Part shown: positions 25,211 to 34,160 of the stretch, piece after piece
Position numbering within the stretch: the first letter of the stretch is position 1
How the letters are laid out: every line of letters begins with the position of its first letter
Notes under the pieces: generated by a model
Told to the model about the DNA's origin: nothing
What the model saw: the letters and a program-made list of their open reading frames with translations, nothing else
Database searches by the model: none
Position numbers and translations under genes: made by a program
Source of the DNA: Candidatus Nanohalalkaliarchaeum halalkaliphilum
GTDB taxonomy: Archaea; Nanohalarchaeota; Nanosalinia; Nanosalinales; Nanohalalkaliarchaeaceae
Assembly: GCA_022729315.1 (NCBI GenBank)
Contig: JALDAF010000003.1
Location: 1 to 41,719, forward strand
Direction: 5' to 3'
Length of the DNA stretch: 41,719 nt

Positions 25211-25696
25211 ATGAAAATGATGAAATTCAACACATTCAACAATGTGCGAAAAGGTATCACGCCTGTTGTTGCGATCGTCATGCTCCTGATGCTGACGATC
25301 CTCGTGGCAGGAGGCGCATTCGCATTCATCAACACATTCATGGAGGATCAGGAAGGAGATTTACAGGAACAGGTTGCTACGGACATTACCGTTCAAGATG
25401 TTCACTGTGATGGCAGTACCCTGGAATGGACGGTGTCAAACACCGGAGACACGATCGTTGACCGGTCACAGGTGGACATCTTGATCCGCAACGTGGCAAC
25501 GGACAGGTTGACGGACGATTCCCCGCTCGCGTACGAGGAAGCTGGTGCAGAGATGGACATCACAGGATCGGAACGGCACTGGCAAAGCGAGGAAACGGGA
25601 CTCACTGACGAATTCGAACCCGGCACCTCCTACCGCATCACGTTTGACTTTGTCTCCAACCAGGTAGGAACGGCAACCGGTACCTGTACCGGATAG
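25211..25696 (+). CDS. Archaeal type IV pilin (paralog 1)
   Basis: RKG/ITPVVAIVMLLMLTILVAGGAFAF class III signal and H-domain; two Cys. Confidence 0.88.
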   Translation: MKMMKFNTFNNVRKGITPVVAIVMLLMLTILVAGGAFAFINTFMEDQEGDLQEQVATDITVQDVHCDGSTLEWTVSNTGDTIVDRSQVDILIRNVATDRLTDDSPLAYEEAGAEMDITGSERHWQSEETGLTDEFEPGTSYRITFDFVSNQVGTATGTCTG

Positions 25697-25861
25697 TGTC
25701 CTTGAAGGATCCTTCCTATTCCCTTTTCTTTTCTCTTCTCATCGTATGTGGAACGTGCGCTGTGTCCCGATAGGTATGCTTTTTTATACCAGCACATGTA
25801 CAGTATGTAACGTGTCTCTTGAGTATAGTTATGGGGGGTGCCAGATATGGAGAACGTGAGC

Positions 25862-26332
25862 ATGGCAGACAGTGAACGAAAAGGTCTTACGCCTGTAGTT
25901 GCGATTGTCATGCTCCTGATGCTGACGATCCTGGTGACCGGTGGCGCATTTACCTTTATCAACAACTTCATGGATCACCAGGAAAATGAGTTGCAGCGGC
26001 ATATTTCGACCGATGTTGTCGTGAGCGATGTGAACTGCAATGGTGATGAGCTCGAGTTCATCCTCACGAATCAGGGGTCGATGAATGTTGATCTGAATGT
26101 CGTGGATATTTTCATCCGCAACAGGGCAACGGGCAGTTTGACAATGGACTCTCCGATCACCACGAGTTCTCAAGGCAATCCCCCGGAGCTGGAGGTTATG
26201 GGCGAGGATCGTCACTGGAGAGGAACTGAGACGGATCTGATCGATTCGTTTGACCCTGGTTCGACGTACCGGGTTGAGTTTCAGTTCGTCTCCAACGGTG
26301 TCGGACAGGCAACCGGTACCTGTACCGGGTAG
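25862..26332 (+). CDS. Archaeal type IV pilin (paralog 2)
   Basis: RKG/LTPVVAIVMLLMLTILVTGGAFTF; colinear with paralog 1 through ...ATGTCTG. Start could be 25847. Confidence 0.88.
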   Translation: MADSERKGLTPVVAIVMLLMLTILVTGGAFTFINNFMDHQENELQRHISTDVVVSDVNCNGDELEFILTNQGSMNVDLNVVDIFIRNRATGSLTMDSPITTSSQGNPPELEVMGEDRHWRGTETDLIDSFDPGSTYRVEFQFVSNGVGQATGTCTG

Positions 26333-26413
26333 CATCTTCATTCTCCACAGTGCTGTAAGGTGTCCGTGCGTCAATAACATTAAATAGGGAGCGACGCCAA
26401 GGTTTTGTTGTCT

Positions 26414-27073
26414 ATGTATATCATTCTCGTGGGGATCAACACGATCAGTCGGCGGCTGATCGAGGAGCTGTCACAGAACCATGATCTGGTTGTCGTGGAG
26501 GAGGATAAGGAGAAGGCTGAACGGGTGTACGCGGATACGGCGGCGACCATCGTGAACGGGTCTCCGACCACCCTGTCTGTACTGGAGGATGCGGGGATCT
26601 CCAAGGCGGATGTGCTTGTTACGGTGCAGAAGGATGACAACGAGAACATGGTGATCTCGATGATCGGGAAGAAGTACGGTGTTCCCAAGGTGGTGACCCG
26701 GCTGGAGAACACTGACTACCGGGATATATACAATATTCTCGAGGTGAACACGATCGAGTACACGGACATCGTGTACGGCGAGTTCATGTCTGTCATCGAG
26801 CACCCGGCGATCGTAAAGATCGCGAACGTTGGTGCTGGGAAGGAGATCCTGGAGCTGGTGGTCCGGAAAGGATCGGAGTTCGACGGGTTGCGGATCGATG
26901 AGATACGGAACCTGAAACATTTTCCGCGGGATGATGTGGAGTTTTCTGCCGTGCTCCGTGACGAAGATGTTATCCGGCCGCGTGACACGTTCCGGGTTCA
27001 GAGCGGTGACTCGATCATCGTGATCATCGATCCATCGGTCAAGGGAACACTCAACAAGATCCTGGGACGATAA
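26414..27073 (+). CDS. trkA: Trk system regulatory subunit TrkA (RCK-N plus RCK-C)
   Basis: VLEDAGISKADVLV, DDNENM, YGVPKVVTR, RCK-C AVLRDEDVIRP...GDSIIV. Confidence 0.9.
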   Translation: MYIILVGINTISRRLIEELSQNHDLVVVEEDKEKAERVYADTAATIVNGSPTTLSVLEDAGISKADVLVTVQKDDNENMVISMIGKKYGVPKVVTRLENTDYRDIYNILEVNTIEYTDIVYGEFMSVIEHPAIVKIANVGAGKEILELVVRKGSEFDGLRIDEIRNLKHFPRDDVEFSAVLRDEDVIRPRDTFRVQSGDSIIVIIDPSVKGTLNKILGR

Positions 27074-27090
27074 AAGGAGACTGTACTGGT

Positions 27091-27252
27091 TCAGGGATCG
27101 AACAACAGCACGCCGAGGGCCGCTCCGAGGATCGCTGCACCAAGTACCCACATCAACTGTTCTGTTGCAACGATCGCGCCGTGCCACTGCAGGATACTTG
27201 CAAGATAGATCGCGATGATCGACACGCCGGTGATTCCCATCAACGCCCTCAT
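27091..27252 (-). CDS. Small two-TM membrane protein (53 aa)
   Basis: Hand translation MRALMGITGVSIIAIYLASILQWHGAIVATEQLMWVLGAAILGAALGVLLFDP; below the ORF-track cutoff; AT box about 26 nt upstream. Confidence 0.65.
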   Translation of the reverse strand: MRALMGITGVSIIAIYLASILQWHGAIVATEQLMWVLGAAILGAALGVLLFDP

Positions 27253-27307
27253 ACTGTTGCTACTACATGGTAATTTCTTAAATGTCTGGTGGGATAAAGA
27301 CAGGTGT

Positions 27308-27496
27308 ATGAACTGGTATACGGTGTTTTTCGTCGGTGTCGCGGTCGGTATGCTGGTGTTGCTCCTGTTCGGTCAGGCACAACATACAGCGCTACCTGTT
27401 CCGGAGATCCGGTGGACGGTGGATGTGACCAAATACCTGTTCTCATTGTTCATTGCAGTCATCCTGTTTGTCGGAATGTTCTGGTATTTCTCCTGA
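27308..27496 (+). CDS. Small two-TM membrane protein (62 aa)
   Basis: MNWYTVFFVGVAVGMLVLLLFG...YLFSLFIAVILFVGMFWYFS; divergent from the previous gene. Confidence 0.65.
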   Translation: MNWYTVFFVGVAVGMLVLLLFGQAQHTALPVPEIRWTVDVTKYLFSLFIAVILFVGMFWYFS

Positions 27497-27501
27497 GTAG
27501 T

Positions 27502-28386
27502 TCAGAGGTACTGTTTCAGGTCAGAAACCGTGTTTTCAACCGCGTTTTGCGTCCATTCCGGGTTCTTCGCCCATAGTTTTGCCGCGAACGGTGAGGAGAT
27601 GCCCGCACCGATATCTGCGCACAGCGGAATGTCCTCGCCGTATCCCTCCTCGATACCGTTTCGGACCGCGTTGTACCGGTCCGCTGGGAGGTGTCGGGCA
27701 TCAGAAAGCAGGGTGAGCATATCAAGAAACTTGTCACTTTCATATGCGTCATCGGTCGCGTACTCGTGGTCGATGGACCAGATATTCCGGTTCTCATCGA
27801 TCATGTAGTTGTTCAACAGGTTATCGTCCAGCGCGTATCCGCGGCTGTGAAGGGTCTGCATCGCGTCACCGATGGTTACGGCAGCCTCGTACACGTCCGT
27901 GGTTTCTGCGGTTTCCGCGTACTGTTTCATGCTTTCCCCTGAGACGTGTTCGAATTCAATGTGTTGATCGCCGTACGCAGTGATATCAGGAGCGTACAGT
28001 GGTGTGTCCTCCAGGATGTCCGTCCATCTCCGTTCCATCCGCATCCTGTCCTCCCTGCTTGTGTAAGAGACCCCGTGTGTCGCATCCGAGAGGAGATGGA
28101 TCGCATCGTCCACAGGCATGTTCAGGACGGACTGCTTCATCTCGTTCGACACCAGTTTCCGGTAAACCTGTTTCACGTCTGCCGTGCTGGTCTGCCGTGC
28201 AATATTCTCCACGATACGGGGCAGGATCTTCCCTGCTGTCTCATTCAAAGAGGTCAGCGGATAGTCTTCATACTCTTTCACCACGGTCCCGTAATCGGTA
28301 ACGGCGACACTGTTCGTCACACCCTCTTCGACCGGTTCACCGGCCTCCATCCGTTCAGTAAAGTAGTGTTCTGGCTTCCATTCCAT
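27502..28386 (-). CDS. Protein kinase-like (Bud32/RIO/Kdo-like fold) phosphotransferase
   Basis: VVKEY, FEHVSG hinge, LHSRGYALDDNLLNNYMI catalytic loop, IDHE in place of DFG. Confidence 0.72.
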   Translation of the reverse strand: MEWKPEHYFTERMEAGEPVEEGVTNSVAVTDYGTVVKEYEDYPLTSLNETAGKILPRIVENIARQTSTADVKQVYRKLVSNEMKQSVLNMPVDDAIHLLSDATHGVSYTSREDRMRMERRWTDILEDTPLYAPDITAYGDQHIEFEHVSGESMKQYAETAETTDVYEAAVTIGDAMQTLHSRGYALDDNLLNNYMIDENRNIWSIDHEYATDDAYESDKFLDMLTLLSDARHLPADRYNAVRNGIEEGYGEDIPLCADIGAGISSPFAAKLWAKNPEWTQNAVENTVSDLKQYL

Positions 28387-28409
28387 CGAGCATCATCTCA
28401 GAACGCTTA

Positions 28410-30215
28410 TCAACCCAGTTTCCACCGCGGATCCTGCTTATCCTTGATCTCCACGATATCCTCCAGCACCTGCAGTTCGCCGGCTGTGAACGCGTCCTCC
28501 ATCCGCCGGATAATCCTGTAATCCTTGCTGGACAGGTCGGTGTACAGTTCGTCACCCTCCTCCACCTGCCGGCCGATCGTGATACTGGTGATGGACACGG
28601 CGACCTCATCCCCTTTCGTTGCAGAATCGATGCTGTCACCTTCCTCCTGGATGGATTTGACCCTGCCTCGTTTCTCCCCGTTCCCATCCATCAATGCAGA
28701 TCCCGTGTTCAGCACACCGTCAAGGATCTCCACGCCGACAACGGCAGGATCCGAGCTGCGGAACACGTGATCCGGCATCAACCGGATCTTCGCTGGCCGG
28801 GTAATATTCTGCATGACGGCCTCCCGCTGCTGTACTTCCAGTTCCTGCACCATCTCCTCGTACCGATCCACGAGATCGTAGATGATGTCGCTCTGTATAT
28901 AGGTGATATCCGTGTTCTCCAGCTGCTGCGCTGCCGTATCCGTGGCCCCGGTGTTGAACGCGAGAACGGTCTGGTGTTTCCGTTCCTCTTCCTGTGTCGC
29001 CTCGATCACGTCCTTCTTTGTCACCTGTCCGACCTCTGCATGTTTCACCGGAATATCCTTCTCCTGCAGCACATCCATCACCGCCTCCAGACTTCCAAGG
29101 GAATCCGCACGGACGATGATACCGGAGGTCGCGGTCGGGAACTCGAACGCCTCCAGTTCCGCCGCAACCTCTTCCACCGCCTCCTGTACGGCATCCTCGT
29201 CGGATCCGTCCACGGCACGGACCGGGACCCCAGCTGTCACGTCATCGATACCGGGCGCCGCGATCTTGATACCGGCCGCCGCCGTGACTGCTTCGATAGA
29301 CTGGAAATCACGTTCCGTCCGGATCTCGCTGAGCGGGGACGGCTCCAGTAATGCTTTTATCGACGTTACGACCGGCTCCTGCCGGCTGCCGATGACAAGC
29401 GTATCGGTTTTATGGAGTACTCCGTTGTACAGTATCACATCAAGCGTCGTACCGAACCCTTTCACCTCGTTCACTTCAAGCACGGTTCCTTCCGCACCCT
29501 CAGGATGCATCTCCAGCCGGTCGGACAGGTAGCGCTGTGCCAGCCCGGAGATCACCATCAGCAGGTCGGGGATGCCCTCTCCCGTCTCGGCGGAGATCGG
29601 GACCACACCGATCTTGTCCGTGAAATCGTCCACACGGTCGTACCGGTCAACGGTGAACCCGAGGTCGGAGAACTCTGCCATCAGTTCGTAAATGGTTTCA
29701 TCCAGCTGTTTCTGCAACCGTTCACCCTGGTTCCGGTAGTTCAACAGAAAGCTGCCTTCACTGCTCTTCCATCCCCGCATCGTATCGATCTTGTTTAACG
29801 CGACGACAAACGGTGTCCCGGATTCTTTCAGGATATCGATCGCCTCCCTTGTCTGCGGCTGCACCCCGTTCGACACATCCACGACCACCACCGCGATGTC
29901 GGAGAGTGACCCGCCCCGTTTCCGCAGTGATGCGAACGCAGCGTGACCGGGCGTGTCAATGAACAGCAGGCCCGGTATTTGCAGTTCCGTCCCGAGTTCT
30001 TCCAGCAAATCCCCGCTCAGTTCCTCTATTTTATCGATCGGTACGGAGGTAGAACCGATCATCTGGGTGATGCCGCCGGACTCCTTCTCTGCCAGTACCG
30101 ATCCACGGATATGGTCAAGAAGTGTCGTCTTTCCTGCATCAACATGTCCAAGAACAGAGATGATCGGCTGCCTGATGCGCTGTTTCGTGTCCTGCTGCTG
30201 TTCTGCGTCTTCCAT
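28410..30215 (-). CDS. infB: Translation initiation factor aIF5B (IF-2)
   Basis: RQPIISVLGHVDAGKTT, GGITQMIG, DTPGH, NKID, DSLGSLEA, FRSSDPAVVG. Confidence 0.98.
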   Translation of the reverse strand: MEDAEQQQDTKQRIRQPIISVLGHVDAGKTTLLDHIRGSVLAEKESGGITQMIGSTSVPIDKIEELSGDLLEELGTELQIPGLLFIDTPGHAAFASLRKRGGSLSDIAVVVVDVSNGVQPQTREAIDILKESGTPFVVALNKIDTMRGWKSSEGSFLLNYRNQGERLQKQLDETIYELMAEFSDLGFTVDRYDRVDDFTDKIGVVPISAETGEGIPDLLMVISGLAQRYLSDRLEMHPEGAEGTVLEVNEVKGFGTTLDVILYNGVLHKTDTLVIGSRQEPVVTSIKALLEPSPLSEIRTERDFQSIEAVTAAAGIKIAAPGIDDVTAGVPVRAVDGSDEDAVQEAVEEVAAELEAFEFPTATSGIIVRADSLGSLEAVMDVLQEKDIPVKHAEVGQVTKKDVIEATQEEERKHQTVLAFNTGATDTAAQQLENTDITYIQSDIIYDLVDRYEEMVQELEVQQREAVMQNITRPAKIRLMPDHVFRSSDPAVVGVEILDGVLNTGSALMDGNGEKRGRVKSIQEEGDSIDSATKGDEVAVSITSITIGRQVEEGDELYTDLSSKDYRIIRRMEDAFTAGELQVLEDIVEIKDKQDPRWKLG

Positions 30216-30340
30216 GAGAACCACCGCTAATGACCGCGTTCACAGAGAAACACGTCATAAAGAGCTTTATAAACGTATTATGTGGCGCGGTGAGGGGATG
30301 GTGAACACATCCCTGGAATCGCACCATTCATGAATGTTCA

Positions 30341-30493
30341 TCAATTATGTTCTGCGTACTGCAGGTTCCTGCCTTTCTCCCAGTTCTTCTGGCACTTCGC
30401 CGAGCAGAAATGATGCCGTGTGCCATCTGCCTGGATGAACAGCTTCCCACCGGTCTTCTCCAGTGTGTCTCCACAGTACGTACAATCTGTCAT
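30341..30493 (-). CDS. rpl24e: 50S ribosomal protein L24e
   Basis: Hand translation MTDCTYCGDTLEKTGGKLFIQADGTRHHFCSAKCQKNWEKGRNLQYAEHN; CxxC...FCSxKC. Confidence 0.95.
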   Translation of the reverse strand: MTDCTYCGDTLEKTGGKLFIQADGTRHHFCSAKCQKNWEKGRNLQYAEHN

Positions 30494-30572
30494 GTATCTG
30501 TCACCTTGTTATGTAGTTGCTCAGAGCGAAAATCGAGGATTTTCTTATCTTCGATTCAATTCGCATTGAATC

Positions 30573-30752
30573 TCAGCCCTCCATTTCTGTTTCCTGGAGG
30601 ATGAGGATATCCTGTTCGCGTACCGGGCCCATCACGTCACGGACAAGGATCTTCCCCTTGTCGTTACCTTCAACGATCTTGCAGCGGACCTTCTGCACGC
30701 CTCTGTGTCCTGTCTTTCCAAGTACCTGAATGACTTCTGCTGGTACGCCCAT
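30573..30752 (-). CDS. rps28e: 30S ribosomal protein S28e
   Basis: Hand translation [59 protein letters not shown]. Confidence 0.95.
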   Translation of the reverse strand: MGVPAEVIQVLGKTGHRGVQKVRCKIVEGNDKGKILVRDVMGPVREQDILILQETEMEG

Positions 30753-30765
30753 TGGTTACACCTTG

Positions 30766-31125
30766 TTACGCGAGTTCCTCGACCTTGGTAGCGATGTCCT
30801 TAACATCGTCGCCTGCTGATCCGGGATCCGTGATTGCGACGGCACTGGTACGGACGTTGAGTCCTGCTGCAAGTCCCAGTTCATCTTTCTCCGGGACGAA
30901 CGTGTATGCGATACCGTTCTCCTCACAGAGTGCAGGGAGATGCATCACGATCTCAGGGGGTTCAACATCACCAGCGATCACAACGAGATCTGCCTCTGCG
31001 CGTTCGATCGCTTTTGTCACTTCGTTTGTACCTTTCCGGATCTTTCCTGTATCACGCGCCCGTTCCACGGCATTGTAAGTGCTCTCTGCCAGGGAGTCAG
31101 GAACGTCAAACTGTGCGTAGCTCAT
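30766..31125 (-). CDS. rpl7ae: 50S ribosomal protein L7Ae
   Basis: [36 protein letters not shown]. Confidence 0.98.
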   Translation of the reverse strand: MSYAQFDVPDSLAESTYNAVERARDTGKIRKGTNEVTKAIERAEADLVVIAGDVEPPEIVMHLPALCEENGIAYTFVPEKDELGLAAGLNVRTSAVAITDPGSAGDDVKDIATKVEELA

Positions 31126-31133
31126 ATCTTTCC

Positions 31134-31149
31134 ACCTCGTATCATCGGC
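31134..31149 (-). promoter_or_regulatory. Putative K-turn/K-loop in the rpl7ae 5' UTR overlapping the RBS
   Basis: Minus strand GCC-GAT-GA-TAC-GA-GGT: short stem, 3-nt bulge and tandem GA/GA pairs; includes the GAGGTG Shine-Dalgarno. Confidence 0.55.
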
Positions 31150-31255
31150 TTGAACAACTGTGTTCGATTAAGCATACACTATTAAATTTATAAATGTCTC
31201 CAGCGGGCTTTGACTGCGTTTGTGCCGCGTACGTTTCAGTAAGAAGAAGTAACGG

Positions 31256-32206
31256 TCAGTCCGGAGAATTCGGAGAAACGATATCCTGTATGACCTCAGT
31301 CCCCTGGATGGTGTCGTCAAGCAGTTTCTTGAACTCGTTCTCTGTTTCAATATCTTCCTCCAGAGTGTTCTCCAGTGCTCCGATCTGCGCCTCCAGTTCC
31401 CCGGAAAGCTCTTTCATCTCGGACAGTGTTGTCAGTGCAGTCTTGAACTTGTTCATCGTGATGAACAGTGGACCCTTCTGTATGTCAGGGATATCAAGAT
31501 CCTTCACTTCTGGCGGTTTTGGAACCTCTTCACGGCTCAGGCGTGCTCCCTCACTGGCCCGGCCGTCGGACGGTGGTGAGGGAGGACTGCTCTGCTCAGT
31601 ATCTTCTTCAGGCTTGTGCGTATCCGCTGTATCTTCCTGTGAACTGTCTTCCCCGGAGATGTGCTCTTTCAGCTGCTGGCGGTCATCAACCGGTGATCCG
31701 TCGTGCTCCGGTACTGCAGGTTCCGCTGGTTCGGAGGGTGTTGGCCCTCGTTCAGTCTCAGGAGTTGCAGCTGTATCCACAGTATCCATACGAGAGAGCT
31801 CTTCATCCCTGATCGGTTCCGGATCAGTCATATCCTGTTGTGGGGACTGCTGGTCCTGTCCTGGAGGCCGTTCCGCTGGCGGTTCCTGCTGTGGTGGTTC
31901 ACGTGGCATAGATGGCTGTTCGCTGGGTTCAGGCGGTTCTGGTTCTTCAGGATATGCGATCTCCTCAAGGTCCTGTGTCTGCTCTTCCTGTTGTGGTGGT
32001 TCAGGAGGGTTCTGCTGTGGGCCGGTGTCTTTCCGGTCCCGTGAACGGTCTGGCCCCTGTCCACCCAGTCCTGAATCCCTGTTCCGGCTACGCGAACGGT
32101 TCTCACGCCCCTGCTCCTGCTGCACCTTTTTACGGATCTGGGCGATATTCTCTTCCAGTTCCTGCTTCTTTTTACTGTCGTTGCCGGAGCCTAAGAAGTC
32201 GAACAT
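31256..32206 (-). CDS. Hypothetical acidic Pro/Gln-rich disordered protein with C-terminal coiled coil
   Basis: MFDFLG start, long P/E/Q low-complexity middle, PLFITMNKFK followed by a heptad-like helix. Confidence 0.75.
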   Translation of the reverse strand: MFDFLGSGNDSKKKQELEENIAQIRKKVQQEQGRENRSRSRNRDSGLGGQGPDRSRDRKDTGPQQNPPEPPQQEEQTQDLEEIAYPEEPEPPEPSEQPSMPREPPQQEPPAERPPGQDQQSPQQDMTDPEPIRDEELSRMDTVDTAATPETERGPTPSEPAEPAVPEHDGSPVDDRQQLKEHISGEDSSQEDTADTHKPEEDTEQSSPPSPPSDGRASEGARLSREEVPKPPEVKDLDIPDIQKGPLFITMNKFKTALTTLSEMKELSGELEAQIGALENTLEEDIETENEFKKLLDDTIQGTEVIQDIVSPNSPD

Positions 32207-32268
32207 TGGTACAAGATTACATCTGTTCAATCTCCCTTTTATAACTTTGTGCGAGCCGATGCAAGAAA

Positions 32269-33954
32269 CTATGAGTGGGTATAGTACGCGTCGACAGTGT
32301 CTCCGGTATCTGTGATGTTGACGAATCCGAATCGGACGAACTGGACCACGCCTTCCGGTACGTCTGGTTCGCAGCGGCCATCGATTGTTTCACCGTCAGG
32401 CATGTGGACGGTGCAGGGTTTTCCGTCTTGCGGCACCCACTGCACGATATCTGCGTTCCTGTCGATCGCCTCGGTGTGGTCGAAGCTGTGGAGCTTGGTT
32501 TCGCCATCCCAGATGTCGACGTTGCACAGGTCCTTCAACCGCAGGAACCCGTCTACCATGTCGTCCTCCTCGATGTATACCGGGACAGTCCCCTCCTCGG
32601 CGATCAGGACGTGTTTACGTTCGCCGCGGTCCTCTTCCGGGTGGAGTGGGATGGTCGCAACCAGTTCATCCTCAACCCCATGGATCTCGATCATGACCGG
32701 GTTCGCCACGAAAAAATACCTGTCCGCGTCCCTGTCGATCGTTTTCCGGTTGAACGAGTGCAATGTGTCCATGCTGGCCTCGACATCGTTCTCCGTGACA
32801 CCCATCTCCCGCCAGAATCCGCGGATGGCGTCCGGTGTGAACCCGCGTTTCCTGAGTGACCGCAGAGTCGGTGCCCGTGGATCATCCCATCCATCCAGTT
32901 CACCGTCTTCGATCAGTTCGCGGAGTGTTGACGTACTCATCGGGGTTTCCAGGCCGTGGATGTTGACACGCCCCCAGTACCGGACGTGCGGGTAGTTCCA
33001 GTCCAGGTAGTCGTAGAGGTATTTCTGGCGTTTCGTGGAGGCGCGCAGATCTTTTCCACGCACGATATGTGTGACACCGCTTTCATGGTCTTCGATCGCG
33101 CTCTGAAAGTCCAGGAGTGGCCAGACCCGGTACCGGTCAAAGGTCCGTGGATGGTCCGGATCCTCGATGATGCGGAACGCCACCCAGTCACGGATCGCCG
33201 GGTTCTTGTGCTGCATATCGGTCTTGATCTTCAGGGTTGCCTCGCCCTCCTCGATACCGCCATCCTTCATCTGCTCCCAGTACGCCAGGTTCTTTGCTGG
33301 CTCCGTGTCCCGGTGCGGGCAGGGTTCCCCCTGCTCCCGGTAGGTGCGACCTTCTTCTGGACTGCAGAAACAGACGTATGCATTCCCCATCTCGATGAGG
33401 CGTTCAGCGTACGCGAAATAGGTCTCGAACCGCTCGGAACTGTATATCACTTCGTCAACGTCATACCCCAGCCATTCATAATCCTCCTGGTACATCTCGT
33501 ACGCATCGTGCTCATGGTTCCGGAGCGGCCGCTTCGTCCGCGGATCAGTATCATCGAACCGGAGGATCAGCGTGCCGTCATACTTCTCCTTCAGTTCGCC
33601 GTTGATCACCATACCGCGGGAACTTCCCAGTGTTGGCGGGCCGTTCGGGTTGGGTGCGAACCGTAGAACCACGTCTCCGTCCTCGGCGTCCGGGAGGTCA
33701 GGTAGCTGATCCGCGTCCGCGTCCTCTCCCGTATCATATTCATACGCTTCAGCCGCCGCCTCCAGTTCGTTCTGGGAGAGATTGTTCACCTCTTCGATGA
33801 TCGGATCGGCCTGTGCCACGACCGCACCGGCATCCTCCTTGAGTTCGGGATGGTTACCGAATACGTTGCCGATAACAGAGTCCTTCTGTGCCTCTCCATA
33901 GTCAAGAGCGTTCTTCACCGCGTATTTCCGTATCAGCTCTTCGGCATCCGCCAT
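32269..33954 (-). CDS. gltX: Glutamyl-tRNA synthetase
   Basis: LRFAPNPNGPPTLGS, LRFDDTDP, VTHIVRGKDL, GWDDPRAPTL, QFVRFGF. Confidence 0.97.
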   Translation of the reverse strand: MADAEELIRKYAVKNALDYGEAQKDSVIGNVFGNHPELKEDAGAVVAQADPIIEEVNNLSQNELEAAAEAYEYDTGEDADADQLPDLPDAEDGDVVLRFAPNPNGPPTLGSSRGMVINGELKEKYDGTLILRFDDTDPRTKRPLRNHEHDAYEMYQEDYEWLGYDVDEVIYSSERFETYFAYAERLIEMGNAYVCFCSPEEGRTYREQGEPCPHRDTEPAKNLAYWEQMKDGGIEEGEATLKIKTDMQHKNPAIRDWVAFRIIEDPDHPRTFDRYRVWPLLDFQSAIEDHESGVTHIVRGKDLRASTKRQKYLYDYLDWNYPHVRYWGRVNIHGLETPMSTSTLRELIEDGELDGWDDPRAPTLRSLRKRGFTPDAIRGFWREMGVTENDVEASMDTLHSFNRKTIDRDADRYFFVANPVMIEIHGVEDELVATIPLHPEEDRGERKHVLIAEEGTVPVYIEEDDMVDGFLRLKDLCNVDIWDGETKLHSFDHTEAIDRNADIVQWVPQDGKPCTVHMPDGETIDGRCEPDVPEGVVQFVRFGFVNITDTGDTVDAYYTHS

Positions 33955-34087
33955 AACAGACAATGGTTAGGAAATCCAACTTTAATAGGGTTTCACGCTG
34001 GTGGATAGGTCACGGGAAAGTAAAAAGGGAAAAGGATTGGATAGGTGAAAGAAAAATAGGAAAACCGTTGCGGGTGCGGAAACCTGT

Positions 34088-34132
34088 TCAGTCCCGTCCC
34101 AGAAGTTCCTTGAGCTTTTCGAGTAATTTCAT
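34088..34132 (-). CDS. Candidate 14-aa amphipathic micropeptide MKLLEKLKELLGRD
   Basis: Strong RBS GTGAGGAGGG 7 nt upstream, TATTTAAAA box at 34177-34169, pyrimidine-rich terminator-like tract downstream. Confidence 0.5.
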   Translation of the reverse strand: MKLLEKLKELLGRD

Positions 34133-34160
34133 CGGCGAACCCTCCTCACTAGGTCACTGG

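Noticed and set aside
25211-26332. Archaellin (flagellin) genes
   Set aside because: H-domain is the pilin-type TPVVAIV, the proteins are short, and no arl accessory genes are nearby.
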